Positions 42,527-51,496 of a DNA stretch of 64,000 bases are shown one piece after another. Each line of letters starts with the position of its first letter. Positions within the stretch are counted from its first letter, which is position 1. The translations under genes were made by a program, and so were the position numbers. The notes beneath the pieces are model-generated. The model was not told where the DNA came from, did not search any database, and saw only the letters and a list, made by a program, of their open reading frames with translations. The DNA lies in the NCBI GenBank assembly GCA_017431515.1, contig JAFRKV010000028.1:17004-81003 (forward strand). The letters are read 5' to 3'. This DNA comes from Lachnospiraceae bacterium (GTDB lineage: Bacteria > Bacillota > Clostridia > Lachnospirales > Lachnospiraceae).

Positions 42527-44182
42527 TCATTCAAACTCATCAAGTTCCGTACCATCAAGGAATTTTTCTCCACCGATCTTTTCGGGAATATGATCTGCTC
42601 CGATAATGACAATATTACAATCATAATAAGGGTGATAGTGATCAAAATCGTCTTCTGCCTTATCTTCTTTCATGATCTCTTGTAGTTCATCCCATGAATA
42701 GGCTTCTTGTAATTCCTCATTAGCAAGATACTTTTCGTATGTCATTTCATTTTCTTTTTGGGCTGCAACGTATTCATCCATATCTCTGAACAGCGTCATA
42801 TCAGTATTGAATCCGGTATCATTTTCAGTATTGTCATAAATACCCCACTTTCCATTGATGTAAATCGCATTCCAAGCATGTTTTATCCTGCCAAAATCAC
42901 CGACGACATACACAGCTGGTATACCAACTGCATTACACATCGCTTTGGTAAGATGCGAATATCCTGAGCAAACACAGACGCGGCCATCGATGATCTTGTC
43001 TGGATTATTCTCTGGCAGATATTCATTAGAATAGTTATGTATATTATATGAAATATCGTATTGTATATTATCAACTATCCAACGCGAGATAGCATAAAGC
43101 TTTTCCTCATCAGTTTTTGCGTCTTTCGTAACTTCATTTGCAAGATCGGTTACCTTCTCACTTTGCCCTTCAATAAAGTCATTCGGATCATGACTTTCCA
43201 AGATGGATAACAGTTTTTCATGATAAGCAATCCCTTTCGCCCATCTTTCTGGAGGATTTACAACTTTATTCAGCTTTGGATATTGAATCGGGTCGTCGAA
43301 AGTGGATGCGGTATAACCAATATCGTTTATGCTATCATTAAAAATGATCGTTTCAAGATCCTCTCCATACTCCAACCCTTGATGTATGTACTCAAGTTTC
43401 GGTTCTTTATCGCCATACCCAAACGTGATTGTTTTTACGCCTTTTACCGGACCTATCTCACGGTCAATTTCGACAATTCCATAAGGATAATAGATATTCT
43501 CAACATTTCCGCCGATCTTTTGTACATATGCCACCTCGTAACCATCAACCTCTTCGGGAATATACAAATCCTTAGTAGTAGGAGTAATCCAAGTAACGCA
43601 AGCTTTTCCGTCCATAACAGTATAGTAAAGTGTTCCGCCATCAAATTTGAATTCTGTTTCATTTTCCATCGGTGTATACGTATAGTCGTCAGTCGCCTGA
43701 TCCGCATACAGATTATCTGACGACTCTGTTGTAACGCCTTGATAAGCCGTCAGTGCATCACTGCCTTCTTTTGCCAGCGTATAAACGGAACCCGCCATAT
43801 CAACCTCAATGACATCCGGCTCCGGAAAACAGTATGTATAGATATCCACGCCCTGTACGCTGACCTTTCCATCATGGAGTTGCACCTCCATTGGGCTTCC
43901 CATCATGGAAAGCGTTCCGCTTCCGTCAGCCGCAATGTCTAAGTACGTATTCTCATTCATCCCGGCTTCACCAAGACGGTCATATTCAATGATAAGATCA
44001 CCTGAAGCGTAGCGTACCATCAGCCATTTACCGGACAGATCTTCTTTGCCGTCTCCTGCATCAGTCTTCTCTTCAGATGAAGCGCTGCTCGCGTCAGGTG
44101 CAGTGTTTCCGCACCCTGCCAGCGGGGCAGCTGCAAGGGCAGCCACCATGATCGCTGTGATTATCTTCTTCCATTTTTTCAT
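42527..44182 (-). CDS. Lipoprotein with C-terminal transglutaminase-like cysteine protease core
   Basis: Starts at ATG 44182, with SD GAGGAG 7 nt upstream. Lipobox PLAGC. The core is CVCSGYSHLTKAMCNAVGIPAVYVVGDFGRIKHAWNAIYINGKWGIYDNT (Cys-His-Asp). Confidence 0.8.
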   Translation of the reverse strand: MKKWKKIITAIMVAALAAAPLAGCGNTAPDASSASSEEKTDAGDGKEDLSGKWLMVRYASGDLIIEYDRLGEAGMNENTYLDIAADGSGTLSMMGSPMEVQLHDGKVSVQGVDIYTYCFPEPDVIEVDMAGSVYTLAKEGSDALTAYQGVTTESSDNLYADQATDDYTYTPMENETEFKFDGGTLYYTVMDGKACVTWITPTTKDLYIPEEVDGYEVAYVQKIGGNVENIYYPYGIVEIDREIGPVKGVKTITFGYGDKEPKLEYIHQGLEYGEDLETIIFNDSINDIGYTASTFDDPIQYPKLNKVVNPPERWAKGIAYHEKLLSILESHDPNDFIEGQSEKVTDLANEVTKDAKTDEEKLYAISRWIVDNIQYDISYNIHNYSNEYLPENNPDKIIDGRVCVCSGYSHLTKAMCNAVGIPAVYVVGDFGRIKHAWNAIYINGKWGIYDNTENDTGFNTDMTLFRDMDEYVAAQKENEMTYEKYLANEELQEAYSWDELQEIMKEDKAEDDFDHYHPYYDCNIVIIGADHIPEKIGGEKFLDGTELDEFE

Positions 44183-44290
44183 CTTGATTCTCCTCACTCT
44201 TTGTTACTGTACTTTGCAGACACTTTTGGCGTGTGAATCATGCAATTACAGTGTAGCATAATTATGTACAACTGCAAACGCAGTCAGGTT

Positions 44291-45211
44291 TCAGTTTTTG
44301 ATGGATGCGTTGTTGACCGGGAAGGTGAAATAGGTGTCGGGGTAAGGCTCGTCTTTCAAGGTGAAGTGCCACCATTCTGTCGAGATCGGTTTGAAGCCGT
44401 GGGCTGTCATGGCGTCGCGAAGCAGCATCCGGTTTTGATACTGCTCCTCCGTGATGCCTCTGTATGCAGGATGGCTGAGTTCCCCGAAATAATCGAAGGT
44501 GCCGCCCATATCCACTTCCTTACCGGTGCGCATATCCACCAGCGTCAGATCCACCGTGCTTCCTCTGCTGTGCCCTGAATGGGAGGAAATATAGCCCTGT
44601 GAGAACAGGACATTCTTTTCCAGCTCCGGATAAAAATACGCCTTCATCCTGACATCCGTCAGGTCCTTGGCCCAGTTCACGAAATTTTCCACGGCCATCT
44701 GCGGACGATAAGCATCATAGATTTTCAGCCGGTAGCCTTTTTGCTGAAGTTCATCACTCACTTCCTTCAGCGCCGCAGCTGCCTCTTTGGTGAGAATGGC
44801 CACCGGCTCCTCGTACCCGGCGATACGATCCCCCACAAAATTATAGGTGGAATAATAGCGGATTTCCTGGATCACATCCGGGATGACCTCGCTGACCAGG
44901 ACAAAGTCCGAAGATTCCGAAGCCAAAGTCTCGTTTTCTGCTGATTCCTCAGAATCGATGCTCTCCGATTCACTTACGTTTTCCGTAACAATTTTGACTG
45001 CCTCACTTGATTGTTCCGAAACGATGGTCTCTGCTTCACTTGACATCTCCGAAACGATGGGCTCTGCTTCACTTGATATCTCCGAAACGATGCTCTCTGA
45101 CGCGCCGGTCGTTTCCGACGGCTGCGTTTTGTCCTCTTCGGTACAGCCCGCCATGAGAAGCAGCATATATGCGATTAGAAAAATATAAAACCATTTTCTG
45201 AAGATCTCCAT
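44291..45211 (-). CDS. Exported VanX/DdpX-type D-Ala-D-Ala dipeptidase (M15D) with acidic 11-aa repeats
   Basis: Starts at ATG 45211, with SD AGGAG 5 nt upstream. Lipobox LMAGC. Zinc/catalytic motifs are SHSGHSRGSTVDLT and EWWHFT. The N-terminal repeats are SEISSEAEPIV, SEMSSEAETIV and SEQSSEAVKIV. Confidence 0.85.
   Translation of the reverse strand: MEIFRKWFYIFLIAYMLLLMAGCTEEDKTQPSETTGASESIVSEISSEAEPIVSEMSSEAETIVSEQSSEAVKIVTENVSESESIDSEESAENETLASESSDFVLVSEVIPDVIQEIRYYSTYNFVGDRIAGYEEPVAILTKEAAAALKEVSDELQQKGYRLKIYDAYRPQMAVENFVNWAKDLTDVRMKAYFYPELEKNVLFSQGYISSHSGHSRGSTVDLTLVDMRTGKEVDMGGTFDYFGELSHPAYRGITEEQYQNRMLLRDAMTAHGFKPISTEWWHFTLKDEPYPDTYFTFPVNNASIKN
44912..45118 (-). repeat. In-frame tandem 33-bp (11-aa) repeats in the dipeptidase gene
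   Basis: The string cacttga recurs at 45004, 45037 and 45070 (33-nt period). More degenerate flanking copies encode S/E-rich units. Confidence 0.8.
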
Positions 45212-45256
45212 CTCGTCTCCTGCTCTGTTCAATCTTTCTCTGTATTTGCTGCCTCT

Positions 45257-45265
45257 ATGATATCA
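45257..45265 (-). promoter_or_regulatory. Extended -10 element (TGaTATCAT) for the dipeptidase gene
   Basis: The minus strand reads ctgTGaTATCATag, about 45 nt upstream of ATG 45211. Confidence 0.4.
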
Positions 45266-45582
45266 CAGAACCGACCATGTTAACATGCGCTGTTTTTGCA
45301 TCGGCGGAATAGTAACCGGAAGCGAGGAAAGAAACGGGGAAATGCCCCAAAAAAGAGGAGTGCCCCGGGCTCATGTACCAAGCTCCGGGGCTATTATGAA
45401 AAAATTCATTTCTGCATTTGCGACTGTCTCTATACTAGCAGGTAATTATGAACAAATTATGAAGTGGCGGTAAACTTTTTTTAGTGATTTACAACAAAGC
45501 AGTTATGCGCTGTCGAGGCATTCTGACGCAGAATTCAAAAAAGCCAGACCGACAACGTGCAAGGAGATTCTGTAACAGATCA

Positions 45583-46260
45583 TTACGGCAGATCCGGGAT
45601 CTGCCAGTCAATGGGCGCCACGCCGTGGGCGGAAAGAAATGCATTCGTCTTGCTGAAATGTTTGCAGCCGAAGAATCCGCGGTAAGCGGAAAGCGGACTC
45701 GGATGAGGCGCTGTCAGGATCAGGTGATTCGAGTTGGTCAGCAGCGTCTTTTTCTCTTGGGCGGGACGCCCCCAGAGGAGAAAGACGATGGGCCGGTCCA
45801 CATCGTTTAAGGCACGGATCGCCGCATCAGTAAAGGTCTCCCAGCCTTTGCCCTTGTGGGAAAAAGCCGCATGAGCCCGCACCGTCAGGATCGTGTTCAA
45901 AAGCAGCACGCCCTGCTCTGCCCACTTGACGAGATACCCGTTGTTCGGGATCTTAAGCCCCAGGTCATCCTGCAGTTCCTTATAAATATTCACAAGGGAC
46001 GGCGGTGCTTCCACGCCGGGCTTCACGGAGAAGCAGAGCCCGTGCGCCTGCCCCGGCTCGTGATAAGGATCCTGCCCGAGGATCACGGCTTTGACATGGG
46101 AAAGAGGCGTCAGATGAAACGCCTGAAACAGATCGTCCGCCGGCGGGTAGATGATCCGCTCCTGATATTCCTTCCGGACAAAGGTATAGAGTTCTTTGTA
46201 GTAGGGCTTTTGGAATTCGCCGGACAGCGGCGCAAGCCAGTCATTGTCAATTGCAGCCAT
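45583..46260 (-). CDS. ung: Uracil-DNA glycosylase
   Basis: Motifs GQDPYH and HPSPLSA. Confidence 0.95.
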   Translation of the reverse strand: MAAIDNDWLAPLSGEFQKPYYKELYTFVRKEYQERIIYPPADDLFQAFHLTPLSHVKAVILGQDPYHEPGQAHGLCFSVKPGVEAPPSLVNIYKELQDDLGLKIPNNGYLVKWAEQGVLLLNTILTVRAHAAFSHKGKGWETFTDAAIRALNDVDRPIVFLLWGRPAQEKKTLLTNSNHLILTAPHPSPLSAYRGFFGCKHFSKTNAFLSAHGVAPIDWQIPDLP

Positions 46261-46261
46261 G

Positions 46262-47107
46262 TCAGACCCTCTCAGTGGAAGCTGTCACGCCGGAACCGAC
46301 AGAACCGGCCGCATCAGAACCGGCAAATTCCGCCGCGCCGGCTTCTCCGGTCAGCCGCATGGGCAGGCCCCTTCCGGACAGATAGGCTTTCAGATCCGGG
46401 ATCGTCATCTCCTGATAATGGAACAGGGACGCCGCCAGCGCCGCATCCGCCATGCCCGTTGTCAGCGCATCATAAAAATGATCCATGGTACCGGCTCCGC
46501 CGGAGGCGATCACCGGGATCCCCACGGAGGATGCCACCGCTTTCGTCAGTTCCAGATCAAAGCCGGCCTTCGTCCCGTCACAGTCCATGCTGGTCAGCAG
46601 GATCTCCCCCGCCCCCAGCTTCTCACCGCGGATCGCCCATTCCACCGCGTCGATCCCGCAGTCCAGCCGCCCGCCGTGTTTATAAATGTTCCAGCCGCCG
46701 TCGGTTCTTCGTTTCGCATCGATGGCCAGCACCACGCACTGGCTCCCGAACTTGTCCGCCGCCTCCGAAAGCAGCTCCGGCCGGTCGATGGCTGCGGAAT
46801 TCACCGAGATCTTGTCTGCGCCCTCCCGCAGGATCGCGCGAAAATCCTCTGTGGTCCGAATGCCGCCGCCCACCGTAAACGGAATGAACACCTTCTCCGC
46901 CACCGCGCGCACCAGATCCACCACGGTTTCCCGCGCATCCGAAGACGCCGTGATATCCAGAAACACCAGCTCGTCCGCGCCCTGGGCATCATAGGCTTCG
47001 GCCACGGAGACCGGATCCCCGGCATCCTTTAAGTTGACAAAATTGACTCCTTTTACCACCCTGCCGCGGTTGATATCCAGACAGGGGATGATCCTTTTGG
47101 TATGCAT
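46262..47107 (-). CDS. hisF: Imidazole glycerol phosphate synthase cyclase subunit (with ~30-aa C-terminal extension)
   Basis: Starts [23 protein letters not shown]. Has [13 protein letters not shown] and the SGGAG motif. ATG 47107 overlaps the hisH stop (TGATG). Confidence 0.93.
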   Translation of the reverse strand: MHTKRIIPCLDINRGRVVKGVNFVNLKDAGDPVSVAEAYDAQGADELVFLDITASSDARETVVDLVRAVAEKVFIPFTVGGGIRTTEDFRAILREGADKISVNSAAIDRPELLSEAADKFGSQCVVLAIDAKRRTDGGWNIYKHGGRLDCGIDAVEWAIRGEKLGAGEILLTSMDCDGTKAGFDLELTKAVASSVGIPVIASGGAGTMDHFYDALTTGMADAALAASLFHYQEMTIPDLKAYLSGRGLPMRLTGEAGAAEFAGSDAAGSVGSGVTASTERV

Positions 47108-47730
47108 CAGTGATTCCCCCCCGTCATTGCCAAAAAGTTTTTCAAAATCGCAAGGCCCACCCGTCCGCTTTTCTCCGGGTGAAACTGGCAGGCAAAGAGC
47201 TTCCCTTTCTCCACCGACACATCCAGCGCCGGTCCGTAGGTGGTCTGCGCCGTGACGATGGCGGGGTCTTGGGCCTTCAGATAATAAGAATGGACGAAAT
47301 AGACATACGGCTCCGCCGGAAGGCCTGCAAACAGCTGTCCCTGTTTCGGAAAATGCAACGAATTCCATCCGATGTGGGGGACTTTACGTCCTTCGCCCTC
47401 TGGGATCCGGACGATCTCTCCCGGCAGGAGGGAAAGCCCTTCGACGCCTTCGCTTTCCTCGCTTCCGAAAAAAAGAAGCTGCAGCCCGAGACAGATCCCG
47501 AGAAACGGCTTGCTCTGTTCCTGCACAAACTCACGGATCGCCTTATCCAGCTCCAGCGCCTTCAAGCGGTCCATAGCAACGCCAAAGGCGCCGACCCCCG
47601 GCAGGATCAGCGCATCCGCGGAACGGATCTCTCCGAAGTCCCGCGTGACACACGTCTCCGCACCGAGAAAACGCAGCGCCTTTTCCACACTTTTTAAATT
47701 GCCGGCATCATAATCCACAATCGCGATCAA
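47107..47730 (-). CDS. hisH: Imidazole glycerol phosphate synthase glutaminase subunit
   Basis: Motifs [21 protein letters not shown] and FHPEKS. Confidence 0.93.
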   Translation of the reverse strand: MIAIVDYDAGNLKSVEKALRFLGAETCVTRDFGEIRSADALILPGVGAFGVAMDRLKALELDKAIREFVQEQSKPFLGICLGLQLLFFGSEESEGVEGLSLLPGEIVRIPEGEGRKVPHIGWNSLHFPKQGQLFAGLPAEPYVYFVHSYYLKAQDPAIVTAQTTYGPALDVSVEKGKLFACQFHPEKSGRVGLAILKNFLAMTGGNH

Positions 47731-47733
47731 CCG

Positions 47734-49566
47734 TCATTCCTCTTCGACTTTCTGCAATCCGAGCTGACGGATAACATCCTTCACCGCCTTGGAGTAATCC
47801 TCCCGATCCGAATAGCTGTAGATCGTAAGCGCATCCTCCAGCGACAGGCCGAACACGTTGGCCAGGTCATTTGCGCTGGTATCCCGCAGCGTCACGATGG
47901 TATCCGTAAGCTGCAGTGCATTCGCCTGCTCCTCGTAGTTATAGCAGCGTCCGATGCTGCGGATCAGGCTGTCCAAAGCCATCTCGTACTCTTCCATGGA
48001 ATAGAGCACCTGATAATCCCGGTAAAGCTGCTGGATCGAGGAAAGGATCTGCGCCTTCTGATAGAGCTCGGCATCCGAATCGGACAGCTGCATGCCGGAT
48101 AGCTCGGTGTAAGCGGCCACATAATCCCCGCTTTCATACGCCTTCTTGGCATCCGGCACCGATCCCGCCTTACCGAAAAGCTTCACCGTCACGACGATCA
48201 GCACCAGCAGCGACAATGCAAACAGTACGATCACGATAACAGGCTTCTTCGGCAGCTTCGGAGAAGTATCCACTTCCTTCGGCGGCTTCGGTTTCTTCTC
48301 CTTCTTCGGCTTCTTTTCCTTCTTCGGCTTCGGCTCCTTCGGGGGCTTTTCCTTTTTCGGTTTCTTTTCTTTTTTCTTTTTCTTCTTGCCTTCCGGTGCG
48401 ATGGCGCCGTTGTCGCCTTCGCCTGCGGCATCCAGTTCTTTTAAGATCGCAAGATTATCATCACTGATCCCGGATGCGGCGCCTTCTGCGGCTGCTGCGG
48501 CGATGGATGCATCGTCCAGCCCTTCCGGTTCGTCAAAAAAGAGCGCCGCCAGCCGTTTGAAAAGACCGGGGCCTTTGTCTTTCTTCTCTTTCTTTTCTTT
48601 CTTCTTGCGGCGACGGCCCTTTTTCTTGCCGTCTCCTTCTTCCTGCTCATTCTCCGCAGGCTTTTCACGCAGCTCGTCCTGGAGATTCTCGATCTCCTCC
48701 TGGGTCAGCTCCTGAATCCCGGCGGAATCCTTGTTCAAAAGATCGCCGATCTCCGAAAGCTCCGCGCCCTCTTCCTCCAGGCCGTTCAGGAGGTTCAAAA
48801 GATCCTCCGCCGATTCCTCTGTGGTGCCGCCTGCTTCCAATGCAGCCTCATCCTGAATGCCGGACTCCGCAGCCGCCTGCTCCGCCACGGCAGCCGGATC
48901 GGGAGGTGCTTCCACTTCTTCCTCTTCCGTCTCTTCCGCTTTCTTGACATGCTCCGGATTGTCCAGTTCCGTTCGGTCGATCTCTCCGCCGACTTCGTAG
49001 GAAGCGATGGGTGCCTCTTCCGATGCCCCCTCTTCTGCGGCTTCCTCCCCGGCGGTTTCTTCCCCGGCGGTTTCTTCCGCCGCGGACTCCTCCGCAGCCG
49101 TCTCCGAAGACTCCTTTTCCTTGTTCTCCTCCACATTTTCAAGGAGGTTCAAAATATCTTCCGGCACGGCTTCGGGATCAAATTCCGGAATGGATTCCGA
49201 CAGGCCGAGATCAAAATTCTCCGCATTCGCCCGGGAACTGGTGGGCTTCATGTTTTCGATGGTATCGTCTGCTTCCTCCTTGGAAAGACTGATCAGGTCA
49301 TCCAGATTCTGAAAAGAGATGGGCGCGCCGCCGCCTCCCAACGGATCGATCCCGTCGGAAAAGAGCAGATCATCATCAGACGCACCCAGATCCTTGTCAA
49401 AACCCTTCAGAAATCCGTCTGTGTCTGTCTCATCGTCGAAATTCTCTGCAAGGCCCTTTTCAAACTCCTGCATGAAATCCTCGTCGGAATCAGAACTCTG
49501 TCCTTTTTTTTCCTCGTCGGTCATCCCGCTGAGGAGTTGATCCAGATAATCTTCCGATGCGCTCAA
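47734..49566 (-). CDS. Large acidic/lysine-rich single-pass membrane protein (hypothetical)
   Basis: 610 aa with a TTG start and SD GGGAGGG 5 nt upstream. A D/E-rich region of about 430 aa is interrupted by K-rich blocks (KKKKKEKKPKKEKPPKEPKPKKEKKPKKEKKPKPPKE). One TM span follows, then a ~150-aa helical C-terminal domain. Confidence 0.7.
   Translation of the reverse strand: MSASEDYLDQLLSGMTDEEKKGQSSDSDEDFMQEFEKGLAENFDDETDTDGFLKGFDKDLGASDDDLLFSDGIDPLGGGGAPISFQNLDDLISLSKEEADDTIENMKPTSSRANAENFDLGLSESIPEFDPEAVPEDILNLLENVEENKEKESSETAAEESAAEETAGEETAGEEAAEEGASEEAPIASYEVGGEIDRTELDNPEHVKKAEETEEEEVEAPPDPAAVAEQAAAESGIQDEAALEAGGTTEESAEDLLNLLNGLEEEGAELSEIGDLLNKDSAGIQELTQEEIENLQDELREKPAENEQEEGDGKKKGRRRKKKEKKEKKDKGPGLFKRLAALFFDEPEGLDDASIAAAAAEGAASGISDDNLAILKELDAAGEGDNGAIAPEGKKKKKKEKKPKKEKPPKEPKPKKEKKPKKEKKPKPPKEVDTSPKLPKKPVIVIVLFALSLLVLIVVTVKLFGKAGSVPDAKKAYESGDYVAAYTELSGMQLSDSDAELYQKAQILSSIQQLYRDYQVLYSMEEYEMALDSLIRSIGRCYNYEEQANALQLTDTIVTLRDTSANDLANVFGLSLEDALTIYSYSDREDYSKAVKDVIRQLGLQKVEEE
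48231..48431 (-). repeat. Low-complexity Lys/Pro/Glu-coding repeat tract
   Basis: The plus strand reads cttcttcggcttcttttccttcttcggcttcggctcc..., which encodes KKEKKPKKEKKPKPPKE-type repeats. Confidence 0.75.
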
Positions 49567-49613
49567 AACAGCCCTCCCGAAAACAAATGCACTGTTCCTC
49601 TTTCACGAAATAT

Positions 49614-49640
49614 GGGGATGTGACGCTGCATCACATCCCC
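49614..49640 (-). terminator. Possible terminator after cheV
   Basis: A 10-bp stem GGGGATGTGA/TCACATCCCC. The minus-strand tail ATATTTCGTG is only moderately U-rich. Confidence 0.4.
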
Positions 49641-49658
49641 ACAAAAAATACCATTCCT

Positions 49659-50570
49659 TTATCTCGCTGCCGGATTATTGTCGATCAGCTTATCCACAGC
49701 CTCCACCAGTTTTCCGATCTCCGGCTTGGTGAGCTGCGCATCCGCGCCAAGCGCCTCGCCCTTTCTGCGCATCTCGTCATTCACCAGCGAGGAGAAGATC
49801 ACCACCGGAATGCTCTTCAAATCATCATCCTCTTTGACCAGCTTCGTCAGCCGGTGTCCGTCCATCAGCGGCATCTCGATATCGGTGATGATGCAGTGTA
49901 CCTTTTGATGTACCGTGCCCTCTTTCTTAAAGGCCACCAGCTTATCCCATGCTTCCTGTCCGTTGGGGTTAACGATCAAGGAGGTATAACCGGATTTCTT
50001 CAGGCACTCCGTGATCATCTTGGAAAGCAGCGCGGAATCTTCCGCGATCAAAATCGGCGAATCGGAACGGTCTCTCTCGCCGAACTGCTCAATATCGGAA
50101 ACCTTGAGTCCCGTCTCCGGGCTGATATCTGTCACGATCTTTTCGAAGTCGAGGATCACGACCAGTTTGCCGTCGATCCGCACGACACCGGTGGAAACGC
50201 CGGCTTCTTCGGTATTCATCGTAGCGTTCGGGGTAATGATGTCCGTCCAGGAAAGGCGGTGAATGCCGATGACCTGATCCACATGAAACGCCACATGCAG
50301 GCTGTTGAAATTGGTGATGATGAAAAGGCCTTCGTTCTCATCCTCAGGAAGCCCCAGGCATCTCTTCAGGTTGATCACCGAGATCATCTGATCTCTCGGC
50401 ATGAAAATACCTTCCACATTCGGATTTGCATTCGGAACCGGTGTCACCGGCTGGTAGGAAAGAATCTCCCTGATCTTCGCGACGTTGATACCGTAATGGT
50501 TCTCATTCAGCTTGAACTCAAGAACCTCCAGTTCGTTCGTACCATTCTCCAGTAAGATATTAGTTTCCAT
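49659..50570 (-). CDS. cheV: Chemotaxis protein CheV (CheW-like domain plus receiver)
   Basis: N-terminal CheW-like region (LEVLEFKLNENHYGINVAKIREI). C-terminal REC domain (ILIAEDSALLSK...DIEMPLMDG...K). Confidence 0.9.
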   Translation of the reverse strand: METNILLENGTNELEVLEFKLNENHYGINVAKIREILSYQPVTPVPNANPNVEGIFMPRDQMISVINLKRCLGLPEDENEGLFIITNFNSLHVAFHVDQVIGIHRLSWTDIITPNATMNTEEAGVSTGVVRIDGKLVVILDFEKIVTDISPETGLKVSDIEQFGERDRSDSPILIAEDSALLSKMITECLKKSGYTSLIVNPNGQEAWDKLVAFKKEGTVHQKVHCIITDIEMPLMDGHRLTKLVKEDDDLKSIPVVIFSSLVNDEMRRKGEALGADAQLTKPEIGKLVEAVDKLIDNNPAAR

Positions 50571-50619
50571 AGAAATGCTGTCCTCCGCCTTTTTTCATCG
50601 TGCTTTTCGCACACTTGTT

Positions 50620-50628
50620 ATTATAGCA
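50620..50628 (-). promoter_or_regulatory. Extended -10 element (TGcTATAAT) for cheV
   Basis: The minus strand reads gtTGTGcTATAATaac, about 45 nt upstream of ATG 50570. Confidence 0.5.
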
Positions 50629-50678
50629 CAACTTTCTTGAAAAAAGCACCATGTTTTTGTAAAAAATTTACTTTCGTT

Positions 50679-51485
50679 TTATTTTTGGCTGATGGATCCC
50701 GTCACACCGTTTAAGGTGACTTCCAGCCCATAGGAATCGGTGTCTTGAATATCGCCGGCTTTGCGTTGGAAGAAAATATTGGTATCCACCGATTCTCCGG
50801 CGCCGATATCCGCATTATAGGTGGCAAAATCCGTCGACACCAGCATCTGGCTGGCATTGATCCGTTCGCTCCCGTTGACGATCAGCACGATGGCCGGCAC
50901 AAGCTCCGCGATGTTGCACCGGAGGCTGCTGTCAGTGGTATTGGTGATCGTCACGGTCAGGATCACGTAGCGATTGCCTTTGTTGGGCGTGGCAAGGGTC
51001 GCACCGCTGGGATCCACGTAATCATCCGCAACCGTGGTCCCTGTCCACTGCATGTCGAATCCCGGAATCCCGATGACCTCAGAAAGCTCCATAGGCGATG
51101 CATTGGAATCCACTGCCGTTCCTTCCGGCGAGATGGCATCCATGTTGGTCCCTGTGGTCGTGGGCACATCCTCATAGTCCGCCGGGTCATGATACCCCTC
51201 CGGCAGCTCTCCTGCCGCAGGATCCTGCTGCGGACTCTGGGAAAGGGGCGATTCCTCGCTCTCCGTCTCCATCACCGGCACATAGCAGATCCCGTCCGGC
51301 TGCTTTTTATTGAACTTGGCGATGACGTGCACCGCATAGGTGACCACCTTAGCTTCCTCATCCGCCGTCATATCCACCAGCTGCTCCCCGCAGCCGCTCA
51401 TCACAAACAAAGCCGCCGCCAGCACGCCGAGCACCGAAAGTCGTTTGATCCAGTTTTTTCTTTTTCCGAACTGTGTTTTCATCAT
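50679..51485 (-). CDS. Lipoprotein with DUF4352-like beta-sandwich domain
   Basis: Lipobox VMSGC. The C-terminal GNRYVILTVTITNTTDSSL pattern is typical of DUF4352. Confidence 0.75.
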   Translation of the reverse strand: MMKTQFGKRKNWIKRLSVLGVLAAALFVMSGCGEQLVDMTADEEAKVVTYAVHVIAKFNKKQPDGICYVPVMETESEESPLSQSPQQDPAAGELPEGYHDPADYEDVPTTTGTNMDAISPEGTAVDSNASPMELSEVIGIPGFDMQWTGTTVADDYVDPSGATLATPNKGNRYVILTVTITNTTDSSLRCNIAELVPAIVLIVNGSERINASQMLVSTDFATYNADIGAGESVDTNIFFQRKAGDIQDTDSYGLEVTLNGVTGSISQK

Positions 51486-51496
51486 TTTTTATTTTA

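Noticed and set aside
46262-47368. A 368-aa version of the hisF ORF that extends 87 codons upstream through hisH.
   Set aside because: The extension overlaps hisH in another frame and has no HisF-like sequence. The canonical HisF N-terminus [11 protein letters not shown] begins at ATG 47107, in a TGATG overlap with the hisH stop.
48146-48715. Periodic cttcttcggcttc-type DNA repeats that could be mistaken for a repeat array, plus the 189-aa plus-strand ORF across them.
   Set aside because: The repeats are in frame within the 610-aa minus-strand gene and encode Lys/Pro/Glu low-complexity protein. There is no spacer-repeat organisation. The plus-strand ORF is an antisense shadow.
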